Below, piece after piece: positions 50,507-62,291 of a stretch of 64,000 nt of DNA (its first letter is position 1; every line of letters begins with the position of its first letter). The stretch comes from Geosiphon pyriformis uo1 (lineage: Eukaryota > Fungi > Glomeromycota): contig JAAOMT010000468.1 in assembly GCA_016748015.1 (NCBI GenBank), forward strand, positions 744,001 through 808,000. The letters run 5' to 3'. The translations under genes were made by a program, and so were the position numbers. Below the pieces are notes generated by a model. That model did not search any database. It saw only the letters and a list, made by a program, of their open reading frames with translations, and was not told the DNA's origin.

Positions 50507-51745
50507 ATGTTTAAAATTCTCCAAAGAGCATATTTTTTAAAAAAAAATTGTTTTTCTTGAAATAAATAATTTTTTTGTTGTGAACTTGAAAGTTATTTTA
50601 AGTAGTAGCATATTTAAAAAAAAGGTGCTTAAAAAATTTTTTTAGAATTCTGTTAATGATTTTTTTTTTAAAAGAAAAAAATTATTCTTAGTAATATTAA
50701 AAACTTTAATAATAAGAAAAATATTTCTTTGATCAAGTTTTAATTTTAGTAATAATGTGTATTCAAATATAAACAATAAGTTTAGTAATAGTAAAAGCAG
50801 TGGTATTTTGGCTGGTGTTAATAATAAGTTTTTTCTGAATTTGGTTGCTGCTATTTTTAAAGCTAAAAGAGTAAATATTAATATAGATTGTGACTTTTCC
50901 TTTGGTTTTTTTTAATTTTGAAATAAAAAAAAATATTGAAATTTTTCTATTTTTTCTCAATATTTTCTTAAACAAAAAATAAATAAACTTCAAAATTATT
51001 AAAACTTAAGTAAAAATAACTGTTAAAATTTTTTTTATTAAACATTAATTTTTTAATAGTAAAAAACAAATTAACAATAGCAAAAACATAATTAATCAGA
51101 AAATTATTCTTATTAATTAATGGTTTTAAGAGAATTACTATTTCTTTAAAATTTAAAAATATAATTAAATTAACATTTATATTAGAAAAAAGCATAAAAA
51201 AGCTGTTTTATTGGCTAAAAAAAGAGGCATTAAAATAAACAATAATCTAAAAAGCAAAAATTTCGTTCAGATTAGACTGTAGTTGTTAAAAAAATTTCTA
51301 TGAATACACAGAAGAAAATAAGTATTACAGTTTTTTCTAAGTTTGGTCAAGTAGTATTAATCCAATTACAACTTATTAGATTATAATAGAAAATTATAAT
51401 AGAGTTTACTAAATTAAGTTAAGCCAATCTGTTAATATTAAGATAGTTATTCTTAATTAAGAAAAATTTGGTACATGTAACCAAAGCTGTAAATAATTAT
51501 AATGTTTGAATGTTAAAAGATTAATTTAGAACACTTCTGTTTACTTTGTCTATAAAAACAATTACTTATAATTTAGATGTTTTATTAAAAAAAACTAGTA
51601 AGAAAATGTGTATAATTAATTAGTTATTTAAAACTGGCAATAAATTTTGTTGTACTGTAGTTGGTTTTAAATTAGAAAAAAATCTAAAATCTGTTTTTTA
51701 CATAAAGCCAATTTTTAATGAAATAAAATATTTATAAATTAGATT
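50507..51745 (+). mobile_element. Decayed LINE 5' end/ORF1 fragment. Its 5' hairpin (starting ~40288) is split by gypsy B copy 1; it is truncated by the next LINE
   Basis: AAATTCTCCAAAGAGCATATTT resembles AAATTCCTGAAAAAGAGTCATATTT at ~15731; ORF1 remnants (VVVKKIS, FSKFGQVV, LLFTL). Confidence 0.7.
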
Positions 51746-52109
51746 GAAGAAAAAATTTTACAAACTCTTTGTCTCTTTAATTTTATGACCATGACTAGAG
51801 CAAAGAATAAAAAAGCTGTACTTGATATCTGTCCTAAGATATCTAATAAAATTTCAACCAAAAAAGCTTTCTCTGTTATAAAAGCAACTAGACAGAACGT
51901 TTTAGAAGTTTTTCCTTTACCCAGTAATCATAATAAGCTGCTTTTGATAACTACTGAAGCATTTTCCTCATCTTTGGCTGGTTTCTCACCAGTCAAAGTT
52001 CCTTCAAAGAGACACATTTGGGTTAATCCCAGTGTTGCCTCTACCCCTATTAAGAGCCCAAAAGTGTTTAATAATAAACCAATTAACAAGGTGGTTTTTC
52101 CTTCCATGG

Positions 52110-52996
52110 TGTTACAGGTGAAATTTTGCTGCTTCTGAATTAAATAACAAATCTGTAACTTGGTGCTCAATTGATATAATCTGGTTGGTAATATCTGAAG
52201 GTGTTGTATCTGATGGGTTTTTATGAATCTAAAGATTTTGGTTGAGTCCTTTGTATAATGAACAGAGATTCAATAGTGTCGATAGTAGATGTATCTTTCC
52301 AAGAGTTTTCCCAATTTCTTTTTCAGTGTGGTGGCTGGATTTAGTCTGGCAGTTATGCCCTTCTGGTAAGCTATCTAATAATATATAAAATCCTACTCTT
52401 ATTTCTGGGTCTTTTACCAGGCTATCCTTGACGTCAATAACTCAGTGCTTAATCTTTAATCAATTAGTATACAACAACAAATCAAAATAAAATAAAGAAA
52501 AGGAATAAAAGAAAATAAAGAAAGCAAAGAAATAAGCCAAGGCAATTTGCAGATTAGTATCCTGTCAATAGCCGTGATCAAGAGCTATTGTTCCAGTGTG
52601 GTTAAGTATCAATTACTATTAACATGAAGAGTTGATAGTAAAGAAAAGATTGAGATATGAAATAATTATTTATTTTGATGATTGTGTTTCTAGGCTAAGG
52701 ATTCGGTGGTATCGATTCTGTCTTTTTTGTTTCTAATACTACTGCTATATATACATAATTGGGATTCCTCAATTTCTCAATTCCTCACAACAGGAATCCT
52801 GGAATTCCTGAAATCCTGTGATTCTTTTGAGAGGAATCCTAGAATTCTGGAATCTTGCAATTCCTCATTAGGAAATCCTGAAATTCCTGGAATCCTGCAA
52901 TTCCTAAAAGAAATCCTGGAATTTCACATTTACTACACTTACTTCTGATTGGCTAATAATTATGCTAATATATTTTCTATATTTCTATGAGTAACA
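52110..52996 (-). repeat. 3' LTR, family B copy 2
   Basis: TGTTACA...GTAACA, direct repeat of 61404-62291. Confidence 0.95.
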
Positions 52997-53009
52997 TTAT
53001 TTTCTCCTT

Positions 53010-53669
53010 TTAATATTGAGCTCTGTCAAAATCTAACTCATGTAATTCTCTCTCTTGAAGTATTTCCTGGATTTTGTTTTCGAGAATTACTTGTGTTATT
53101 TGGGTCTGTAATTCTTCAAATTGAGCATTGGTGATTTTTTCCAATTGATTACTGGTAACCATATCTATTGCTCTGTTGAGCAATATTTCTGGTTTATCCT
53201 GAAATACTGTGTGTATTTAGTATATGGCTTGGGCTTGTGTGGATAAGTTGTTCTTTCCCACAAAATATTCTAATTGTTGTAGTATTTTTTTGTCAAATAA
53301 TTGTTTTGTTTTATCCGTATATAGATTCTGGATATTTACGTGTTGTCCCAAGTGAAAATAACAATAGTTTTGTGGAAATTGTTGTATCCACCAATTCCAG
53401 GTTTCTTTAGTCAACTCTTGATATAAGGACTCTTTTGTCAATTCTTTTACTGCTAATTTTACTTTCGTCATTATTTTGTCCACAGTATTTTCAGTTTTCT
53501 TCTGTGTTCTGAGTTGAAATGTTTTTCTAGTATCTTGATATCGAATGGTTTGTTGATTGATTGTAATCTCCATTTCCTGGTGTTGAATTAATTGAAAAAG
53601 TTGTTGTACTAGTGAGTGAATGTTGTCTGTAATTTCCATTTTTCTGATATTTCCTGTCACGTCTATCAT
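53010..53669 (-). pseudogene. Additional ORF3 (219 codons), one premature stop at 53217
   Basis: Orthologous to 41211-41870. Confidence 0.8.
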
Positions 53670-53693
53670 GTCTTTATATATTCTTTTGATGGA

Positions 53694-56600
53694 TCAATTT
53701 AATGTGTTGTTATCAATAATAATGATTGGTTCCAGATCTCATGGAATCTCATCTGGTTGGACTAGTATTCTCTGTACTCCTAATTGTGGAATATTACTGG
53801 TAGATGGTAGTGTTATGTTGTGATATGATTTCAGTCAATTTCCATGTGCTGCTTTGGTTAAAATTTTGTTCTCTAATCTTAATTTGTAAGCTCCATTTCC
53901 TAGAATTTCTTCTATGTGAAATGGTCCATCCCATTTGGGGTCAAATTTTCCACTCCATTGTTTTTCTGCTTTGGTACAATGTAGTAATACTTTGTTTCCG
54001 ATTTTGAATTCAACTGGTTTGTCTGGTAGTTGACTATTGTGTCTTTCTTTCTGTGTTTCTTGTGACTTTTGGATATTATCAGCTGCTCTTCTTTGTTTGT
54101 TTTCTAATGTTTCCATTAAGTCATATGTTCTTCTCAGCAATGTTTCTTGAAAATTTTTTTCTGTTATTGGTTCAGCTGGATATGTATTAATTTCTCTCTC
54201 TACTAGTAACATTGCTATTCTCCCATATACTAATTCAAATGGTGTTGCTTGTGTAGTATCCTGTTTTGTTGTCCAATAAGCAAATAGTACTGATGGTATG
54301 AACAAATCCCAATCATTCTGGTTTTCTTGGCTGAACTTGGCTATTGCTTCACACAATGTTCTGTTGAATCTTTCTACTAATCCATTGGTTTGTGGATGGT
54401 ATGGTGATGATAATGGTTTCTTAATTCCGAATCTTTGGCTCAATTCTGTTAATGTTCTGTTCACAAAATGAGTTCCTTGGTCTGATAATAATTCTTTTGG
54501 ACATCCATGTCGACAAATCAAATTCTGGAGAACAAATTTGGCAATGAATTCTGCATCCGCTCTTTGAATTGCTTTTGCCTCTGGCTATTTAGTGAGATAG
54601 TCCATAGCTACTGCTATGTATCTGTTTCCTCTGCTGGTGATTGTTAATGGTCTAACTAAATTAATTCTCATATAGTCAAATGGTTGTCTCACTTTGATTG
54701 GTCTTAATGGTTTACTGGGTTTTGTTCTTCCTCTTTGCTGACAAGCATCACAATTTTGAACATATTGAATGATGTCTGGGTACATTGATGGCCAATAGTA
54801 TCTTTTTCTAGTTCTTTCCATGGTTGCTTCTTTGTGAAAATGTCCTGCTGTTGGATTTGAGTGCATTTTGAATAATATTGTCTTTTTTTCTGGCTCTGTA
54901 ATTACTCTGGTTGGTTGATCTGAATCTTTTCTATTTTTCTGATAAAGTATATTTTGGTAAGTAATAAAATATTTTGATTGTTGTTTAATACTCCTTTGTT
55001 CCATATGAGATAAATTCTCCTTGAACTGTTGAGTGTTTAGATAATATTGCAATTGTTGATATTTTTGTATGTTCATCTTTTGTTGTATTTTTCTGTTGCT
55101 ACTGTTCTGGTTTTTTTATATTTTTGGATTAAAATGTTCTTAGATTTGTCTTATCTACGATAAACCGTCAGCATTTCCGTTGTCTTTTCCCTTTTTGTAA
55201 TGTATAGTATAATTGTATGGTGTAAGTGCCATTTTTCATCTTGACTGTCTTCCATTTCCAAATTCTTGTTTTTGGAGTGATGTTAATCCCTTGTGATCTG
55301 TATATACTTCAAATTTTTGGCTCAAGTATTCTTTCTATTTCATGACAGCCCAGTATATTGCTAAGTGTTCTTGTTCCAGTGTTCTATAGTTCTTTTCGGC
55401 TGGTGTTAAACCTCTGCTGACATATGCTATTGGATGTTCTTTGCCATTCGGTTCTCTCTGAGATAATACTGCTTCCAATGCTTGGCTGAATGCATCAGTG
55501 GTCATGATGAATGGTTTGCTGTAATCTGAATAGATCAGTACTGGAGCTTGGATAAGCCTTTTTCTCAGAATATCAAAAGCTTCTTGTTGACTTTCTGTCC
55601 ATTCATATTTTGCATTTTTGTTTTGCAGTTGATTGAGTGGCTGCGCTATTTTGGAAAAGTTCTTGATAAAACGACGATAGTAGCTGGCGAATTCCAAAAA
55701 TAATTTCAGTTCTGTTATATTAGTCAGCACTAGAAAGTTCTTTACTATCTTTATTTTCTTTGGATCTGTTTTGATGCTGTCTTTGCTGACTATGTGTCCC
55801 AAAAATTTGAGTTCTGTTTTGCCAAAGAAGCACTTTGTCACATTTAACTTTAGTTCTACTCTTCTTAGTCTTTCGAACATTTGTTGAAGATGATGAAGAT
55901 GATCATCAAACATCTTTGAGAATACATTGGTGTTGTCTAAGTATACAACTACTAATTTCCACAATAAGCCCATATAAACAATTTCCATTAGCCATTGGAA
56001 AGTTGCTGGGACATTGGTTAAGCCGAATGGCATTACTTTAAATTCAAAATTCCCTTCTTTAGTAGTAAATGCTGTCTTCTTTTTGTCAGCTGAATTCATG
56101 GCTACTTGCCAGTAACCACTGTCCAAATCTAATATAGAGAACCATTTGTTCTCACTGAAAGCATCGAATAATTCCTGTATTCGTGGAGTTGGATAATTGT
56201 CTCCCCGAGTTACACTATTGAGTTTCCTGTAGTCTACACAAAACCAGATTTTTCCATTTTTCTTATGGATAAGTACCACTGGTGATGACCATGAACTCAT
56301 TGATGATTGAATTAGCCTGTTGTCAAGCATTCTGTTTATCTCTTAACGAATAATCTCGTGGCTGGCTGGTGACACTCTGTATGCTCTTTGTTTGATTGGC
56401 ATTGCATCTCCAGTCTTGATCTAATGCTGGATGATGTCAGTTTGGCCAAACTCATTTTCGCTGGCAAAAATGTCATTGAAATTGTTGAGTAATATCTTGA
56501 GCTGCATACATTGGAGTGGATTTAAGTTTCCCATGTTCATTTGTTCCAATTGTTCTGGTTGGAGCAAATAACATTTGTCTTGTCCATAGATTGTTTGTGA

Positions 56601-59600
56601 TGTAATGTCAACATATCCACAAAGTTGTGGAAAGTCTGGAATGGGTTTTGTAGTTGGTCTTCTATTTCTGTGGTTAAATATCCGATGGTAGTTCCTTCTA
56701 GTATGTTGATGACATTGTCAGTGTTGTTGTAGATGGGAATTTTTATGCTGCTATAGCTTTTGGCTGGTATGTGAAGATTGATCAATCCAATCTCTCCTGA
56801 TTCCCAAAAGGTTGCTTCCACTTCAAACATCTGTTCTTGCTCTTTTTCCTTCCTTTCTATTGCTAACATGTACTGGCTATATGGTGGAATGGAAATAGCT
56901 TGACCAGTTGAGATAATTTCTCCTTGGCCAACAATCTCTTCCTCTGCCATATTAACTGGTAAATCTATTCTACCTGTGGATCCGAATCTCTGTATTCCTC
57001 TTGCTGTTATTTCTAATTCCTTCCTCTTTCCCACTAACACTAACTAAGCTATTCTAACCAGAGGCAGGAATATTGCCTGTGCTATCTTTTCATTGGACTC
57101 TATTATATAGGCCTTTTCTGAGTCATTTTGTAGCATGGTGATGATATTTCCTACATATTCCATGTCAATTATTCTTCTTCTTATATTGATCTCTCTTTTT
57201 GCTAAACTACTCCTAGATGCTAATTGGACCATTGTTGTTGCCGGAATCTCTAGTGCTATTTTCAGATCAATGCAGGTGCATAAATGCGGTTCCAATTTGA
57301 TGACATCTTTTCCTGGATATCTCAGATCAAACCCTGCATCTGTATCATGTGCATGTTCTGGCATAATACCTTTCCCATTGTCACTATACCATTTCAACTC
57401 TTGTTCTTTGGAGAGATCTGGTAGTGCAATGTATTGTTTATAGTTTAAATCGGGTTTTGAATTTGAGTCTGAATCATTTTCATCGTCATTGCCATTTTGA
57501 ACAGAGCTGGAACCAGTGTTTTCATCATCATTGTCAGAGTCTGGATCACGATTGATTAGCAATTCTGATTCCAATGCACAGCTGCTAATTGGTTCTTTTT
57601 TTTCAGGGATCAAATAGATCATGCGTGGTGGTGGATTGTAAATGAGGTCACAATCGTCACAATATTCAAAGTCACTGGGAATTAAACAATGGCGACACAG
57701 TTTTGTATTTAACTGTGCTAGCCATTGTTCTTGCTCTTCTCTAGTGGGTGCCAAGTTTTGGTAGTGTTCATGGAACTCTTCTGGTTCCAGAAAATTTATG
57801 ACTGGCTCTGTGTCCCAGTCAAGCTCAATGGGTTCTGATGGGTTGTTTTTAATTGTCCAGATTTCTTCTGGCGACACGCCTTTGATTTTGGCGGTTGTCA
57901 TTCTCCAAATTTTGTCATCATCATGTGGACAACTGTCTAATCGTCATACTGCTCTTTGCCAAGCAGCTTCAATTGGTGTCTCTTTTTTAACCCAGTCACT
58001 GATCAGAATCGTGTATTGACACTCTACATCATATGTTCCTCCACATTCAGGAATGTCATGCCACATTCTTTTATCCAATAAAGTCTCTCCACAAGCTAAG
58101 CATGGCTGATTGTCCCATTTTCCTACTTGTGTTGATCTTCCAAAGCATTCAAGGATGCATGGGTGGCAATAGAACCTAGTTGCCATTGAATATTCCTCAT
58201 TATTCCCACAGCATGTGCCTATTGATGACAATTTCTTGCCACAATCGATGCATATAAGCTTAGGTCAACAATAGGTAGATTGTTGTGGTATAGTGTAGAT
58301 GTTATAAGCAGTGGTAGTTTGGGTGGTCTCTTTTTCTTTTCCTTTCCCTTTATTTCTTTGTTTTCTTCTCATTTCCAGCTTAAAGTCGGTTTGCTCTCGT
58401 CATTGTCGGTCTATGTCAGGTCATCAGTTTCCCAAGTAAGTTCTTTCTTTTGTTTCCCTTTTTCCTTGTTGTTGTTGTCCCAGGAGAGTATTGGCAGTAG
58501 TTTGTTGTGCTTTTCATCCGCCCACAACACTTGGTAGGCTTCCCAGATAGGCTTTTCTTTCTCTTCCTCCAGTTCGATCAATAGTTTCTTTCTTGAAGGA
58601 GTTTTGAAGTGGCCACATGTGGCCGAAACACATATGTGTTGGCCCTGATATGTTAGCTGGAGTTCTTGGGTGTTCCAGTCTAACATCATGTTGACTTTAG
58701 ATAGTCAGTCATTACCAACAAGAGCTTAATATTGAGTGGCTTCCATCACTAGAACTTTAATGAGAGTCATGATGCCATTAACTTTAAAAGGAAAGTTGTC
58801 GATTTTGCCGATTGGAGTTTTGGTCGCGTTATCGGCTGTGATGATTCTAGCGCTGACAGCCCAATCAACTTGGCAACCTAATTGATTCATGAGTTGTCTT
58901 GTGATTATGCTGCCTGTGGAACCACTGTCCAGGATCAATTTGATGGATTGTTCTTTGACTTTGGCATCAGTGTACATCACGGTGATTGGTTTGGCTTCAA
59001 GAGCAGTTCCACTAAATAATGGCATTGTAGCTGTTTCCTCAAATTCAAAAGGGAAGATAGTGGCCAATGACTCGTCTTTGGTGATGGTAGCCAGTGAGAT
59101 ATTACTGGTGAGTGGTTGTTTTTGGGTAAATGCCGGATTATTGGTTGAAGCATCTTCTGGGGTGACCAGGAGACTTAAATAGTTCTGGGAATTTGGGTTC
59201 TGGGGTTGACCAGTATCTGAATTCTGCTGGTGTACTCCAGATGGTTGTTGTGAGAAACTGGGGATCAGTTGATGGACTACCATTGCCAATCTCCAGCTTT
59301 GTTGAGTCATTTTTGGTCTTTGGGTTCCATTGGGTGGTAAGCTTTAGGGTGGTGTTTGTATCTGTTGGGGTTGATAAATTATTTGTGGCTGTGATTAATA
59401 TATTACTTGTGGCTGCAGCTGATAAATCGGAGGTTGATATACTGGAAACTAATAGACTGATGACTGCGTCACTGGTAGGTAAGCGGGTGGGTTTTGATTT
59501 GGGTACTAATTCGGAGTTTGGAACTGATGATCAGAGTTTCAATATGGATTTCCCAATTGTTGGTTGTTTAAACGCTGGTGGCAGTCAATTTGGATATGTC

Positions 59601-61341
59601 CTTGTTTTCTACAATAATAACAAATATGCGTTTCCTGTTGCCACTGTTGATTGGTTAATGAGGATAGACATGGTTGATTTTGGGCACGATTAAAGTTTCC
59701 TTGATTGTTGTGGTGTTGTGGAGGCTGATAAATGGCGTAATTGTCAGTTAAGTATCCTTCCAATCTCTTATTGATTGATTCACTGAACTTCTCAAATTTG
59801 GAATCCAATTCAGATAATCCGTTCATTACTAGATTAATGGCTTGGGCATGATTAGCCTCTGACTCAGCGGATTCAAAATCTCTGGCACATGTGACTGCGT
59901 CTTGAAGCGTGCCAGGATGCAACAAACGTACATGTTGCAAGATACTGCTGCATAGGCCACAGATAAACTGGTTGAGTATCTGTGGTGTTGTGAAATAGTC
60001 ATTGTCAATTGCTTGAATTTGGTGCAAGTTTTAATAGAAATGTCCCAGGTAAGTAATAACTGCTTTAGTTTCTCCTTGTTTCATGGTGGTGAATGTATTG
60101 ACTAGGCGATTAATGCTATTGTTGTTGCTGAAATATCTTAGGAATTCCACTTTGAAAGCATTGAAATCTTGTGATTTATTAACCAAGCTCTGATACCATG
60201 AATTGGTGGTATCCTTGAGAAAATAGGGAATGACTTGTATGGCTCAGACGTCATTCCATCCATTGGCTGCAATGGCCTTTTCTACATCATTCAGCCATAC
60301 TTGAGCATCATTCTCTTCACCAGTAAAGTTGTCGAGTTTTGCAATTGGTGCATAGGCCATTGGATCTAAGTTATGTGGTTGTGGTGGCTGTTGAAACAGC
60401 TGTTGTTGTACTGGTTGTTGGGGTGGTAGTTGAAGTAGCTGCTGTATGGGTTCAGCTATGGAATTAATCGGTGGTTAATCAATAACAATTACCAGAGATA
60501 AGTTTTGTTGATTAATTACTTCGGGATTTGGATTGTTCTGTCTTTGATGATTCGGAGTTTTGATTTCCGAATTTTTTAGATTTAGATTTTGTTGAGATTG
60601 AAAATTCGGGGTTTCAATTTCCGGGTTTTCGGTAATTGGGTTTTAGTAAGTGAATTCTTGATCCTTTGATTCCTCTTCCTCTTTTTCTGATTCTGCCGCT
60701 TCCCATGGATCAGAGATTCTGAAATCTGGTAGAGGCGGTGGTGATCGAAGTCCTGATAGGGTTGATGATCATGAATTAAATCTCTCAAAGTATTCGCCAT
60801 ATGGTCCCAGCAATTCTGTTTTCCTTTGTCTACTTTGGAATGGGAATCATCCAAATACTGATGTCGCAGTTGATAGGAATGCGTCTGTTGATGATATGTT
60901 GATGGCGCTTCTAGGTATATAGTGGTAGGATGGGTTGCTTGGGGATTCAACTCTGTTTTTCTTCCAAGCAGGTGGCTATATTTTTCTGGATGTTACTGCT
61001 GGTGTTTGTAATTTTCCCTTACCTTTACTAGTGTAGGTAATTGGATATTTTTGTTGAGTGTGATGTTCAATTTCTTTGTTGATCTCAGTGATGATGGATG
61101 TGAAATTATGATTTGTTGATAGGTTGGTGTTTTGAATTAATTCTTTATAGAAAGTTTCTCTTGCTGATTCAGTATTCACTGGTGTTCTTAATAAAGAAGA
61201 AATCTTTTCATTGACGTAGAAATTGAAGGCTGATTCGGCAGATATATGATTGTGGTTTAATCCCAAGTATTAACAATAGTGTTGAAATAAGGATTTTGCG
61301 AATTCTAAATGGTTTGCTCCTATATTTTCTGATTCTGCCAC
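53694..61341 (-). pseudogene. gag-pol polyprotein, family B copy 2
   Basis: MAYAPIAKLDNFTG capsid start at 60360; CYYCRKQGHIQIDC; LILDSGSTGS; dUTPase; VMPFGL, YLDN(D); integrase SDQGTHF, ERFNRT, WDGPF. Confidence 0.95.
56970..57370 (-). other. dut: dUTPase domain within pol
   Basis: HDTDAGFDL, ASRSSLAK, IIDxEY, EKIAQAIF, RGIQRFGSTG. Confidence 0.92.
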
Positions 61342-61384
61342 TTTTGGTTTGGTGTTGTCAGTGCTGGTTCTCTGTAGGATTATA

Positions 61385-61401
61385 CCTCACAGGGAGCACC
61401 A
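61385..61401 (-). promoter_or_regulatory. Primer binding site complementary to a tRNA ending ...CCUCACAGGGAGCACCA (elongator Met or Ile-type; not resolved)
   Basis: TGG-initiated tract 2 nt downstream of the 5' LTR end. Confidence 0.8.
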
Positions 61402-61403
61402 AA

Positions 61404-62291
61404 TGTTATAAGTGAAATTTTGCTGCTTCTGAATTAAATAACAAACTCGTAACTTGGTGCTCAATTGATATAATCTGGTTGGTAATATCTGAAGGTGTTG
61501 TATCTGACAGGTTTTTATGGATCTGAAGGTTTTGGTTGAGTTCTTTGTATAATAGACAGAGATTCAATAGTGTTGATAGTAGATGTATCTTTCTAAGAGT
61601 TTTCCCAATTTCTTTTTCAGCATGGTGGCCGGATTTAGTCTGGCAGTTGTGCTCTTCTGGTAAGCTATCTGATAATATATAAACTCCTACCCTTATTTCT
61701 GGGTTTTTTACTAGGCTATTCTTGACGTCAATAACTCAGCACTTAATTTTTAATCAATTAGTATACAACAACAAATCAAAAATAAAATAAAGAAAAGAAA
61801 TAAAAGAAAAATAAAGAAAGTAAACAAATAAGCCAAGGTGATTTGCAGATTAGTATCCCATCAATAGCCGTGATCAAGAGCTATTGTTCTAGCATGGTTA
61901 AGTATTAGTTACTATCAACATGAAGGGTTGATAGTGGGGAGGGGATTAAGATATGAAATAATTATTTATTTGATGATTGCGTTTTTAGACTAAGAATTCT
62001 GTGATATCGATTCTGTCTTTTCTGTTTCTAATACTACTGCTATATATACATAATTGGGATTTCTCAATTCCTCAATTCCTCACGACAGGAATCCTAGAAT
62101 TCCTGGAATCCTGTGATTCTTTTAAAAGGAATTCTGGAATTCTGGAATCCTGCAATTCCTCATTGGGGAATCCTGAAATTCCTGAAATCTTGCAATTCCT
62201 GAGAGGAATCCTGGAATTCCACATTTACTATGCTTACTTCTGATTGGCTAATAATTATGCTAATATATTTCCTATATTTCTATGAGTAACA
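61404..62291 (-). repeat. 5' LTR, family B copy 2
   Basis: Direct repeat of 52110-52996. Confidence 0.95.

Larger units (their letters stand above)
52110..62291 (-). mobile_element. Full-length Ty3/gypsy LTR retrotransposon, family B copy 2 (dUTPase-bearing), inactivated
   Basis: LTRs 52110-52996 and 61404-62291; ATGG TSD; PBS TGGTGCTCCCTGTGAGG at 61385-61401; PPT ~53001-53010; same domain order as copy 1. Confidence 0.97.

Noticed and set aside
59193-59693. Antisense ORFs over gag and dUTPase (47587-47907, 59193-59693, 45433-45645, 57135-57443)
   Set aside because: Shadow frames of low-complexity or codon-biased sense sequence; boundaries differ between copies
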